Source: a virus
Taxonomy: Duplodnaviria > Caudoviricetes
Length of the DNA stretch: 28,707 nucleotides
IMG/VR virus record: IMGVR_UViG_3300020042_007322
Coordinates: 1 to 28,707 of that record
Direction: 5' to 3' (one strand)
Numbering within the stretch: position 1 is the stretch's first letter; the number at the start of each line of letters is the position of its first letter. The notes beneath the pieces were generated by a model. That model searched no databases and was not told where the DNA came from. It saw nothing but the letters and a program-made list of their open reading frames with translations. The position numbers and the translations under genes are program-made. This document shows, one piece after another, positions 14,542 to 24,200 of the stretch.

Positions 14542-14646
14542 TTAAAAGAACTTATAAGCTACTATTAAAAGCTTAATTACTCCGTAAATACCATACATCA
14601 TTGCAGCGATAACTATGCCATTCACAATAGGTTCTAGTTTACTCAT
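14542..14646 (-). CDS. Single-TM peptide, 34 aa; not in ORF track
   Basis: MSKLEPIVNGIVIAAMMYGIYGVIKLLIVAYKFF; AAGGA RBS, ATGA overlap. Confidence 0.55.
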   Translation of the reverse strand: MSKLEPIVNGIVIAAMMYGIYGVIKLLIVAYKFF

Positions 14647-14804
14647 CTTTTATCCTTCTTTAGTTTTCTTACTATCTTAAACTTCTTTTCATTGCTGTAT
14701 TCATTCCAGTAAGTAATGTCATGCTTAGATCTACCGCATCCAACACAGTGATTATTTTCTAGCTTACAAACTTTAATGCAAGGCGACTGAACCTCACTCT
14801 TCAT
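14643..14804 (-). CDS. DUF1289-family Cys-rich protein, 53 aa; not in ORF track
   Basis: SPCIKVCKLENNHCVGCGRSKHDITYW matches SPCxxxC...CxGCxR...W. Confidence 0.8.
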   Translation of the reverse strand: MKSEVQSPCIKVCKLENNHCVGCGRSKHDITYWNEYSNEKKFKIVRKLKKDKR

Positions 14805-15003
14805 AGTGATCAATTGGAATGTTTATATCGTAGCGAACATCATTGATGCTATCGGCATCTGAGTCATAATTAAATCCGTCTTTATATGGTTTTTCTTTAT
14901 AAGATTGATTCTTTTTCTTACCCCATATACGATCATACGCTTCGTCATAGGCTTCTTTATTGGTGGGTCTTTGCTTACTACCTTTTCCTGCTTCACTTGC
15001 CAT
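14794..15003 (-). CDS. Conserved phage hypothetical protein (GKGSKxRP motif)
   Basis: AGKGSKQRP...YDRIWG; AAGGA RBS. Confidence 0.75.
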   Translation of the reverse strand: MASEAGKGSKQRPTNKEAYDEAYDRIWGKKKNQSYKEKPYKDGFNYDSDADSINDVRYDINIPIDHYEE

Positions 15004-15004
15004 A

Positions 15005-15175
15005 CTATTTCCTTACACATAAAATCACAGGGGTAACTCCTGGTCGTTTAACATTATCATACTTTTCTATTATAGCGGTTTTTGCGTTCTCGCATGTAAG
15101 CTGAGAGTCAAAATTTACACTGTAAGTTTCAACAGACATATTGCCAAACATGATAACTATCATTATGTAGTTCAT
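15005..15175 (-). CDS. Small protein with hydrophobic N-terminus and two Cys, 56 aa; not in ORF track
   Basis: MNYIMIVIMFG...FDSQLTCENAK...ILCVRK; ATGA overlap. Confidence 0.6.
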   Translation of the reverse strand: MNYIMIVIMFGNMSVETYSVNFDSQLTCENAKTAIIEKYDNVKRPGVTPVILCVRK

Positions 15176-15882
15176 AGTAATTTACCTATCCATTTACCAT
15201 TTTCATTTAACATCATAGGCATAAGCTTTGGCTGGCCATTGATAATCATACCGCAACCTACAATAAATCTTGTCTTAAAGTTCTTTGCATATTGAAATGC
15301 CATTGACTTCTGATTGATCAAACATCCCACTTGCATGCCCCAGACTAACTGATCTGGATTGGAATAGTATCCGATACTGAACTTGGTATGGTAGTGGCCC
15401 TGCACAGTGTGCATCCCGTATTGCATGGCAACTTTAAGCACGTCAGCAGATAGTCCGTGAGTAAAGAAACAACGTGAACCGTCAACTAAAGTAATTGTAT
15501 GATCTTCCACCCATTTCCAACCACTGCCAACACCAAGATAATCATTGTAGTCTTTAAGGTAGCCTTTAGGTACACCATGTTTTAATGCACGTCTAAACAA
15601 CATAGATGAATGGTTAGAGTGGACAAGCACCATCTTTGGAAATATCTTTTCAAGCTTTTGAATGTAAGATATGGAGGCTGCTAATTCATGGCCTGCTGAA
15701 TAAAGATCTGGGTCGCTATCATGCATAGACATTGCATGACAATCTAATTCATCGCCTATGTTGACTATGTGATCTGGCTTATATTTTGTTTTAAGGGCTT
15801 GTAGAAAATCAAAAGCCTGTGGATGATGATACGGTATATGTAGATCCGATATTACTAATACTGATTTATACTTAATTGTCAT
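15172..15882 (-). CDS. Calcineurin-like metallophosphoesterase
   Basis: SDLH, GDxxD, SNH, THG and GHYH motifs. Confidence 0.9.
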   Translation of the reverse strand: MTIKYKSVLVISDLHIPYHHPQAFDFLQALKTKYKPDHIVNIGDELDCHAMSMHDSDPDLYSAGHELAASISYIQKLEKIFPKMVLVHSNHSSMLFRRALKHGVPKGYLKDYNDYLGVGSGWKWVEDHTITLVDGSRCFFTHGLSADVLKVAMQYGMHTVQGHYHTKFSIGYYSNPDQLVWGMQVGCLINQKSMAFQYAKNFKTRFIVGCGMIINGQPKLMPMMLNENGKWIGKLL

Positions 15883-15899
15883 GGTGTTCCCCCGTAAGT

Positions 15900-16247
15900 T
15901 TATAATTCTTTCCTATCAAATCCATATAGGTCGTTGAATTGAAACATCAATTTCCTAAATGTTTTATCGTGCTTATCATAGTGCGTTTTTCCCTCTAAGT
16001 AAAGCTTTAAATGAACCATTTCATGCGCAACAGTTCTCATCATGTTGATATAAGTTTCTTGGTGATGCGTGCTTATTCTCATAACCATAGGCTCTACGTC
16101 AAACTCACCGCAGATTGTGGGATCTGTATTACTTTCAAATATTATTTTGTGTGGAGCTGGAAGGTTCCAGTCGTTGAAGGGAGGCATCTTTCTCAACATA
16201 TCATACGTTACTTTAATTGTATAATCGTTGATGAGCCTTGTAGTCAT
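15900..16247 (-). CDS. SprT-like zinc metallopeptidase domain protein
   Basis: AHEMVH plus downstream HxxxF. Confidence 0.75.
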   Translation of the reverse strand: MTTRLINDYTIKVTYDMLRKMPPFNDWNLPAPHKIIFESNTDPTICGEFDVEPMVMRISTHHQETYINMMRTVAHEMVHLKLYLEGKTHYDKHDKTFRKLMFQFNDLYGFDRKEL

Positions 16248-16248
16248 G

Positions 16249-16497
16249 TTAGAGTCCTAAGTTAGCTTCTACTAATAACTTACTATCGTACTTCTTTACT
16301 GCGGTAAACTTTTCAGCTTTATCATCACATCTATACAGAGGTGTTAAGGTAATATTATGGAGTTTTGATTTCAGCTCATTCTTAAATGATATTTCAGATG
16401 GCTTGAATGGAGAGATAAAACTATTGACAAGTTTGTTGTTGTGATCAAACTCTTCATAGATCCATGCGTATGGTTGTTTGCCAGAGTTAATCATCAT
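16249..16497 (-). CDS. Hypothetical protein
   Basis: PYAW...TPLY pattern common in phage ORFs. Confidence 0.7.
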   Translation of the reverse strand: MMINSGKQPYAWIYEEFDHNNKLVNSFISPFKPSEISFKNELKSKLHNITLTPLYRCDDKAEKFTAVKKYDSKLLVEANLGL

Positions 16498-16621
16498 GTA
16501 ATCCTTCCATAGCTATTCTACTTACAAAGTTACAAGAGGCTCTGAAGGCTACAAATACTATTGCAAAAGGAATCATACATATCCCTAAAAATCCTACTAA
16601 TAAACCAAATTGTGTTTTCAT
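16487..16621 (-). CDS. Small membrane protein, 44 aa; not in ORF track
   Basis: MKTQFGLLVGFLGICMIPFAIVFVAF...; GGAGG RBS. Confidence 0.6.
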   Translation of the reverse strand: MKTQFGLLVGFLGICMIPFAIVFVAFRASCNFVSRIAMEGLHDD

Positions 16622-16911
16622 TTAACCTCCAAGTGTTCTTTTTCAAATAACCAACCAATAGTCTTACGATGGGCATCTTCCCACATATCTACCCGTTCTT
16701 CTCTTGTCAACTTGCTTCCTTGATCAAGATTAGAATGACATTTATAACACATTGCGGCAATTCTGTAATCATTTGATTTCATGGAGGTTGATTTACCATC
16801 CCTCATTTGATTGGAATGCGCTGCCACAACCGTTCCATCTTCAATCCCACACACTTGGCAGGGAGATTCCCTGACTATCTCTAATAGCTTTTTGTTTCTA
16901 TACAATGCCAT
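16618..16911 (-). CDS. DUF1364/YbcO-like His-Me finger nuclease
   Basis: CQVCG, VVAAH, K..D, CYKCH..LD. Confidence 0.75.
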   Translation of the reverse strand: MALYRNKKLLEIVRESPCQVCGIEDGTVVAAHSNQMRDGKSTSMKSNDYRIAAMCYKCHSNLDQGSKLTREERVDMWEDAHRKTIGWLFEKEHLEVK

Positions 16912-17101
16912 GCGCTCTTTCTACATCTCTAATAAGCTTAACAATATCAATATATTCCCCTGCAATTTGTACTTCATCAAACCCATGAGCATCAAGTATT
17001 TTGCTTATTTCATCATCATTTAATGGCTTAACTATTTTAGGTAGCTTATCCATATCTTCTGATGTAAGCTTTTGTTCCATCCATTGTTTATAGTTTTCCA
17101 T
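16898..17101 (-). CDS. Hypothetical protein
   Basis: PLNDDEI...RDVERAHGI, a recurrent phage motif. Confidence 0.7.
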   Translation of the reverse strand: MENYKQWMEQKLTSEDMDKLPKIVKPLNDDEISKILDAHGFDEVQIAGEYIDIVKLIRDVERAHGIV

Positions 17102-17304
17102 TAGTGCATTCTCCTACGCATAGCGCTTTCTAAGGCTTTAATCTTGCCTTCTAGCTTACCAATCTTAACATTAGTGGCTTTTGTTTCTTTGTTATGCTCT
17201 GCAATCTTTTTACCTAAAGACTCTAAACACTTTCCCATGCGGATGCCAAGTTGTTTGTCTAGTGTATATACTTCTTCAGCTATTTTTATGAGTTCTTGGA
17301 ACAT
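17101..17304 (-). CDS. Coiled-coil hypothetical protein
   Basis: AAGGAG RBS, TAATG overlap. Confidence 0.7.
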   Translation of the reverse strand: MFQELIKIAEEVYTLDKQLGIRMGKCLESLGKKIAEHNKETKATNVKIGKLEGKIKALESAMRRRMH

Positions 17305-17449
17305 GTAACTCCTTATTTGGTTTGACCATTCTGCTTAAACATAAAGCACATTTAAATCGTTTGATATTTTTAGTTGCTGTTTGAACCATCTTGCCTGTTT
17401 CGGCCAATCTAAATGAAAGGCATGATGAGCAGTATCTTTGACCACTCAT
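17276..17449 (-). CDS. Small Zn-finger protein, 57 aa; not in ORF track
   Basis: RYCSSC...FKCALC; AGGA RBS, ATGA overlap. Confidence 0.65.
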   Translation of the reverse strand: MSGQRYCSSCLSFRLAETGKMVQTATKNIKRFKCALCLSRMVKPNKELHVPRTHKNS

Positions 17450-17628
17450 TTCCTAGTTCTTCTTTTGATTGCTGGAAGGCCAATTACTTTCTCATCTTCC
17501 ATCATAGCCTTAGCCATAGCTTTAGCATCTTCAGGTATCTTATGTATGGGAGTGCCACGAATGAGATAACCCATCATGGCAAGTCCAGCATACAGTGATT
17601 CCATATATTCTTTTTCGTTATCTGTCAT
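17446..17628 (-). CDS. Hypothetical protein
   Basis: YAGLAMMG...A..MA.AM recurrent phage motif. Confidence 0.7.
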   Translation of the reverse strand: MTDNEKEYMESLYAGLAMMGYLIRGTPIHKIPEDAKAMAKAMMEDEKVIGLPAIKRRTRK

Positions 17629-17909
17629 TTGCTTATCTCCAATGTTTTAATGTCAGAGATTAAATTATCAGCAATCAGTATGCCATGAACAGATATAGTA
17701 ATAGCGCTTTCATTGGTATTGATAACCTTAACTGTATCTTTAAGCGCTTTGTTATAACCGCTATTGTATGCAGTATTGCCATCAATAATCATTTGAATTG
17801 CATTACGTATAAGCTCAGAGGCTTTACGATCACGTGCTAATAACTTTAACTTCTTATGTAAGTCACTAGGCAAATAGACTGAATACGGTATTAGCTTATT
17901 GGTTTCCAT
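17625..17909 (-). CDS. Ribbon-helix-helix DNA-binding protein
   Basis: YSVYLPSDLHKKLK...ASELIRNAI. Confidence 0.7.
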   Translation of the reverse strand: METNKLIPYSVYLPSDLHKKLKLLARDRKASELIRNAIQMIIDGNTAYNSGYNKALKDTVKVINTNESAITISVHGILIADNLISDIKTLEISK

Positions 17910-18313
17910 GCAGTATATTCCCTATATAAAGCGTCAAGTTTATTTTGAGCTTCAATGTTAGTTTTAAGTTGAGATCTTGATTCTAAATCCAGATAAAACC
18001 TTAGCCATTGTGTAACGGTCTCATAGTCTTTGGTAGATATCTCACTCTTGGAGTATAGATATTCCCAGAACTTTGGATCACGACACAACATACCAGATAT
18101 TCTTATAGCTCGATCAGCAGAGAACTCGTCTTGACGATCAATTGGAGCCTCATGATTATCTAATCTAACCATTACCACTTGGTATCTAGCACCGACAAAA
18201 TCCCTAAGTAAACTCTCAGGGATATCGTCAGGATGCATAGAAAGCGTTAGAACATATCCAGTTTTATCTTGTTTGAGTGCAACCTTAACACCTTCAAACT
18301 GAATGGTTTCCAT
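17891..18313 (-). CDS. Hypothetical protein
   Basis: METIQFEG start coupled (TAATG) to the upstream stop. Confidence 0.75.
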   Translation of the reverse strand: METIQFEGVKVALKQDKTGYVLTLSMHPDDIPESLLRDFVGARYQVVMVRLDNHEAPIDRQDEFSADRAIRISGMLCRDPKFWEYLYSKSEISTKDYETVTQWLRFYLDLESRSQLKTNIEAQNKLDALYREYTAWKPIS

Positions 18314-18582
18314 TAAGCCTCCCAAGGATTCTTACCAGCTTCTTGCTTTGGTGGTTGAGGTTCTGATACTGCAATACCTAAGAAGCCTTCGCCAGTTTCA
18401 TTGTTTTGCTTATTCCATGCAGATAGTCTTAATTGAATAAGAGGTTTATCTTTATGTTTAGTAAGTAAGTCAATTAATAGATTGCGATCTACATGAATGT
18501 TGCCCGTAAGATCAGGTTTCTTTTCATTGTCTTTGTATCTGTTCTTTCCTAGCGAACCGCTATTTGCTCTTTGCTCAGCCAT
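18313..18582 (-). CDS. Putative ssDNA-binding protein (DUF736-like)
   Basis: KNxxK...PDxxG...LSAW...FL motifs; close to ERF. Confidence 0.55.
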   Translation of the reverse strand: MAEQRANSGSLGKNRYKDNEKKPDLTGNIHVDRNLLIDLLTKHKDKPLIQLRLSAWNKQNNETGEGFLGIAVSEPQPPKQEAGKNPWEA

Positions 18583-18739
18583 TTAAGGTCTCCTCTTTAG
18601 TTGTTGGTGGTACTTGTGGTTCTGCTTGTTCTTTAATTTTTTGAATTAAAGTCCATGCGCCTGTCTTAGTAGGTAGTTCTGCTAAAACTCCCATTAAGAA
18701 TCCTGTTTCTTCTTGAGTTAGTTCAAGTTTGATATTCAT
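18575..18739 (-). CDS. Hypothetical protein, 54 aa; not in ORF track
   Basis: MNIKLELTQEE...LAELP...LIQKIKEQA; AAGGA RBS. Confidence 0.7.
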   Translation of the reverse strand: MNIKLELTQEETGFLMGVLAELPTKTGAWTLIQKIKEQAEPQVPPTTKEETLNG

Positions 18740-19419
18740 ACTGCTTCCTTTTCTAGTTTTGTTTTTACTTCTGTAAACTTATTCATAAGGGCTTTGAATT
18801 CATCTGGAGACTCATCCTTTAATCTTTCATAAGAAACTTTGTTTACTTTGAAAGTGTTCATAAGCGTTGCTACACTTCCACAGAATTCAAACTTTGCTTC
18901 CGTTCCAGATATAAGATCATTTCTCCACACAGTAGGATCGTTTGGATCCTCCTTACAAACAATTAGATCATTTTGCCATGTTTCTTTTTTATCTACAGAA
19001 ATTGGACTTGTTACTGTAGACTTAGCTTTTTTTGGTTCATCTTTACCAGTGATAGCATCAAGAGAGTCGTGTTCAACTATCTCCATAGCTGCCACCCAAA
19101 GATAGCGTCTTAAATAGGTCTGAACCGCCCCTAAATTTTGAATTGCATGACAGCCTTTTAATTCAGCTGTAGACATTGGAGACTTGAATTCAATCTTATC
19201 TTCTGGTTTATCAACATCTACAATTGTTAAAATAGCAATGTCAGTGTAGAAAGTAATAGTTCCACACAATCCTTTTTCTGTGAATATAGTTTGAATGGTA
19301 GGCAAGAAGTCACCTAATTCAAAGTATTCAAATCCAGCAAATTTATTCTTGCCAGACTTCTTTAAAGGCCTAGATTGAAGATCAATTCGTGCCTCCTGTA
19401 ACTTTTTATATACGCTCAT
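18736..19419 (-). CDS. ERF-family single-strand annealing protein
   Basis: KSGKNKF..YFEL.D and QNLGAVQTYLRRY ERF signature. Confidence 0.85.
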   Translation of the reverse strand: MSVYKKLQEARIDLQSRPLKKSGKNKFAGFEYFELGDFLPTIQTIFTEKGLCGTITFYTDIAILTIVDVDKPEDKIEFKSPMSTAELKGCHAIQNLGAVQTYLRRYLWVAAMEIVEHDSLDAITGKDEPKKAKSTVTSPISVDKKETWQNDLIVCKEDPNDPTVWRNDLISGTEAKFEFCGSVATLMNTFKVNKVSYERLKDESPDEFKALMNKFTEVKTKLEKEAV

Positions 19420-19659
19420 TTAGTTCACCTTTTCTAGTTTATTTAATCTTTCTAATTCAGCTTTCGCATAGAATAAAATCTTCTTTATATCTCTAATCTC
19501 TGGGCTATGAGCCACTTCACCATATCTATAACAAGCTCTAAATATTTCACCAATCTGTGCATTCATATTCTTAGCACTTATTAGTTCTTGCAATTCTGTT
19601 GCACCCTCAGGCAATTCGTAATAACTTGCTGTAGATCCATCTGACTGTTGTTTGCTCAT
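19420..19659 (-). CDS. DUF3310/SaV-like (T7 gp1.7-related) protein
   Basis: ASYY...IGEIFRACYRYG...DIKKILFYA. Confidence 0.6.
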   Translation of the reverse strand: MSKQQSDGSTASYYELPEGATELQELISAKNMNAQIGEIFRACYRYGEVAHSPEIRDIKKILFYAKAELERLNKLEKVN

Positions 19660-20531
19660 GTTTGAGCCTCCGTATATTCTTTATATTGCTTACACCATCT
19701 ATTAACTAAACAATAATCTTTACACCTTGTTCTGTCACCTTTTCTAACTTGTATCTCATAACCCTTACCTAATTCGTTTAATGCTGCATCAGCTAACTCT
19801 GCTGTTTCATGAAGTGACTTGGCTCTTGTATTGCCTACTTTAATCACTGCCCATACAGGTGGCTTTTCCCACATCTCTTGAGGTGTGCATTCAGGTAATT
19901 CAGCTTCGGTCTCTAAAGCAAACTCAGCGGCACTATGTTTAGCAATACGGCCTTTAATAAAAGCTTCTTGCTCTTCAAACGTCCATAGTGGAATGTTGAC
20001 AATAGCTACGTTACGTTGTGGATACTCAGGCTTACGTTCAGCTTCACGCTTTGACCAATCTTTCAAGATACCAACAATTTGCAATGACTTAATAGGCACT
20101 TGTTTATTCTTTTGAACTAACCATGCATAGATGTTAAGTTGTTGCTCCCATTCAGGCTTATCATTCATTACCGCCCAAACAGATGTAGTCTTATAGTCTT
20201 TAATATGGATGCCATCAGGATCTACCACTTGAAGATCAATTGCACCTGATACATGCCAACCATCCACCTCAGCAAAGAAACGTTGTTCAACCAAGTTATG
20301 TTCATCTGCACCTTTTTCAAGCACGTTATGAACTGCTGACCCAAAAATAGACCAAATCATATCTGATACATCTTGCTCTAACTCATCATCATACTTCTTT
20401 AATAGCGTTACAATCTTAGGGCTATTAAGTAAGCTTGTTGCTGATATATGAGCCTTACCTTTTGAGTAGCTAGGATTCTTAGCTATATTCTCAAATGGCT
20501 TAGGTAAGTTAAATTGATTGGTTATTTTCAT
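19656..20531 (-). CDS. PD-(D/E)XK Cas4/RecB-like exonuclease
   Basis: GSAVHxxLE, SGAID, IKDYKT, QLNIYAW and C-terminal Cys cluster. Confidence 0.85.
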   Translation of the reverse strand: MKITNQFNLPKPFENIAKNPSYSKGKAHISATSLLNSPKIVTLLKKYDDELEQDVSDMIWSIFGSAVHNVLEKGADEHNLVEQRFFAEVDGWHVSGAIDLQVVDPDGIHIKDYKTTSVWAVMNDKPEWEQQLNIYAWLVQKNKQVPIKSLQIVGILKDWSKREAERKPEYPQRNVAIVNIPLWTFEEQEAFIKGRIAKHSAAEFALETEAELPECTPQEMWEKPPVWAVIKVGNTRAKSLHETAELADAALNELGKGYEIQVRKGDRTRCKDYCLVNRWCKQYKEYTEAQT

Positions 20532-20812
20532 GCTTCACAATTTCCACTAGGACACATGTTAGTATTTAGCATAGCTTCTTCTAATTCATCAAATGCTTTG
20601 TCTGTAGCAATAACATCTACTGCCTTACATACATCATTTAATATATCGTAATCCACTTCTAAACATCTGACTTTAGTTTCTAAGCCACGATCTCTAGCAT
20701 GGTCAGCTGTGATAGATGTAATAAATTCTGTTGGTTCAAAGCCATCCTTAATAAGATCATTGTATTTTTGATCTGTCATTAGGTGCTCTGTAATTGATAT
20801 AAACCTTTTCAT
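20528..20812 (-). CDS. Hypothetical protein, first gene of recombination operon
   Basis: MKRFISIT start after AAGGGGG. Confidence 0.7.
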   Translation of the reverse strand: MKRFISITEHLMTDQKYNDLIKDGFEPTEFITSITADHARDRGLETKVRCLEVDYDILNDVCKAVDVIATDKAFDELEEAMLNTNMCPSGNCEA

Positions 20813-20842
20813 GATATCCCCCTTAAAGTAAAATGAGATGTA

Positions 20843-20905
20843 ATGTTGGCACATAATAAAATACATGTCAATAGGTTGTACCTATATTAATTCATCTGCT
20901 ATAAT
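20843..20905. promoter_or_regulatory. Back-to-back sigma70 promoters
   Basis: Minus: TTGACA(20871-66)-N17-CAACAT. Plus: TTGTAC(20876)-N18-TATAAT(20900) with TG extension. Confidence 0.6.
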
Positions 20906-20912
20906 AACGCTT

Positions 20913-21281
20913 ATGAAAACAATAAAATTAAAACTGCCCTATCCTCCTACCGTAAATCATTACTGGGGACAGCTCGGATCTAAGAAGTTTTTAGGAAAGA
21001 AGGGAAAAGAGTTCAGAGAAGCTGTGTTTTTATGCTCTTTAAACGCACGCCAAGGGGCCTTAAACGAACGATTGCACATGGAGGTATACCTGTACCCTCC
21101 CGACAAGAGAAAACGTGATGTAGATAACATTTTAAAGCCTTTGTTGGATGCCTTAGAACATGCTAATGTATATGAGAATGACTCTCAAATAGATAAGTTA
21201 TGTGTAACTCGAATGGAAGTAGCTAAAGAAGGGTATTGCGAAGTTGTTATTCAGGAGTTAAATTACTTACCTGATCATTAA
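20913..21281 (+). CDS. rusA: RusA Holliday junction resolvase
   Basis: LPYPPTVNHYW, PPDKRKRDVDNILKPLLDAL, NDSQI. Confidence 0.92.
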   Translation: MKTIKLKLPYPPTVNHYWGQLGSKKFLGKKGKEFREAVFLCSLNARQGALNERLHMEVYLYPPDKRKRDVDNILKPLLDALEHANVYENDSQIDKLCVTRMEVAKEGYCEVVIQELNYLPDH

Positions 21282-24200
21282 ATCTTTGCATGAGCAGAGT
21301 CTTCTGTGCATCAACAGCTTGAACACGCTCTTTAGGGAAGCCACGCTCAATAAACATACGTTTTCTTTTGTTCAATTCATTAATCTTATTCTCAATCGTA
21401 TTAGCTCTTTTCCATAATCTAGCCTCTGGATTGTCATTTAAGTAGCCTTCTACGTCTTCTCTGTTCTTCATACGACCTTTAATCTCATTTTCATGATCAG
21501 TCATACGGGTTACATTGTTATAGAATGTTTGAGATACGGCAGCAGGTGATCCTGTAGAGCCTAAAAAGCGACCTACCACTGGTCTTTGATAAGATGGAAT
21601 CTCTTCACCTGTAATTGCAGCGCTAACAGCTTTTCCTGCCTTAGTAACTTCACGATATAAACCACCACCGACCTGGCCAGCAAGGAAGTCTACTTCATCT
21701 CCAGTAGGGCTGATTGAACCTTTTTGATATTTAGTGCCACCTGATGCCCAGTTTAAGAATTCAGCAATACCCTTACCTAAGGTAGATGCAGTATCTCTTG
21801 ATCTTGTATAGCCTGGTGTAGGTGCTGTAGCACGATCAGGCCTATAGATAGGACGGCCAAATGAATCTTTGTTTTCTGCTAACGCAACTATTGGGTCAAT
21901 AGCAGTAGGCATAAGTGTTTGTATTGCAAATCCAGAGCTGCCTAATGGGTTAAATGAATTCATAACAGATGACATAAGTGAAGTCATATGCTTGCCTGGA
22001 TTGCGACCACCATGAATCATAAAGTCCATAACAATACGGCCAGAGTTAGGTAATATGTTATAGCCCAATGGATAAGGCACTGTTAGATATGTACCATCAA
22101 CCAATGGAATAATAAAGTTTCTTTCTCGTACAAACTCTGGAGGATCATCATCACCATATCCAGCAGCGGCCAGCATGACAGCTTGAACCATGCCAGCTAA
22201 GATACCACCACCAATAATCATCTTGCCTTTAGGGCCTTTAAGTGTCTGGTAAATACGCTCAGTACCTTGAACAGATGCATTAAAGAACGCATAGAGAACA
22301 TTAACTGATTTTGTCCAAGCACCTTTTCTATCAAAGTTAACTGTAAGATTTTTAGCAATAATCGCTGCTTTTTGTTTAGATAAGCCTTGATCACGAGCAA
22401 CCTTATATGCAGATAAGCGGAATGCATTTTCCATCATATCGTTATAATCTGTAAGGCCACCTAATACTGCATAGAATGCTTTCTTAGTATTGCCATCTTT
22501 AAATTGTGAAATCGTATGCTCAACAATCTGCATCTCTTCTTGATTGCGAATCAATGAATCACGATATCCTGTTTGGAAACCTTCATCACGAGCTTCTTGA
22601 TATAGTTTAGCCCATGGCCCAGTAGGTAATGGTTTGCCCTTACGTTCAGCACGATGTACGTTTAGGATACCGCCCATAGCCTTGTATGCGCCTGCAATAA
22701 CCTGAGCTTGCTTGCCTTTAATTTCTGTGTTTGTAAGATTAAGTAATGTGCCACCAAAGTCACGGACAAAGTTGACTAGTCCAAAGACTGGATTGTATTG
22801 CGTATTAACGCTCTTAAACCAGCGAGTAAATATACCAAAGATATTTTCAAGGTAGCCTAATTGTTCAACATCTAAGTTCTTTAATGCTTGAACCATACGT
22901 AATGCTCTTGGATCATTCTTATTAAAGAATATATATCTATCCTTGCCATTAATGCGTACAGGGAATACAAAGTCTTTGTAACGTGCCATGACGTTAACTT
23001 TAGATGCTACAACTTCTTTGCTTTCGTTAACAGGCAATCCAGAGTCAAAATCAAAATCTTCATCAGGTTCAAAACCTTCTTCAGCAGCTCTTGTCTTTTT
23101 AAGATAACGCTCTTTAGGCTCAGCCATTAAGTTATCAATCATCTGCTCAGCATCAGGCACGCCCATGCGTCTTAGTTCAGCAATAGCTTGTTTCTTATTT
23201 CTGATAGCATCAGGATTAATAGCTAGCCAGAAGTCTGAATTAGGATTTTGTATAGCTAGACCATAGAGTGCACGACCTACTCTAATTTTTTCAGCACGGA
23301 TTAAAGCACGTTCACGTTGGGCAATGATGTTGCTTAATATATCTTGAACATCTTTTTCTGATCCAAGAGCACGTTTACTGAATGCACCACGTACACCAAA
23401 GCCCTGACCTGTGCCACCCATGCCCGTAGGTCTAGCCATCTCATCTTCAACACGGAAGAGAGGAACGTAGTGTTCATAGGTAGAGTTCCATTTAGCAATC
23501 GTTTCTGGAGACTCAGCACCAGAATTAATTAAGATTTGTTGTGTGCCCTTGACCATTTGATCAAACTTAGTAGCGATCTGTTCAAGCACTTGTTTTCTGG
23601 CTGGATCTAAACCTGCCAAGTAAGCTCTTGCGTCAGGCGTAGAGATACCAGATCCTTTATCTTTAAGTGGATTAGGTATTGTTCTTCCTGTTCTTTCATC
23701 GTAGATGTCAGGATTAATTTTATTCATTTGAATGTTACGTTCTTCTGCATGACGATTATGCAAGTAAGTACGAACATCTTCAGGGCTAATTTTTAAACGT
23801 TCAATCTCTTTGATGATTGGCAAGAGTTCTTTGAGTAAGAAATTACGAATGCCCGCAGCAGTTCTACCATGATAGAGCTGTTCTTTCTCGTAAACATTCC
23901 AATCTTCTTCTATGTCACCAATAAGTTCTTGAACACGCTTAGTGTCAATCTGTTTGTTTTGTAATCTATAAAGCCATAGATCAAGTTTAGACTCTTCTGG
24001 GCCATGCCATTGAGGTAACACTTCTTGGCCTCTTATGTTTCTAGGTGGGCGTTGTGATTCAAGTATATTTGCAGAGGTTGTATCAAAAGTTCCTTTATTA
24101 CCTATAGCTGATTTAATTTGATTAGGTTCAAATACAATATACATTTGACCATCAGGACTAATAATACCATCGTAGCCTTGAGCTTTAAGTTTATTAACTT

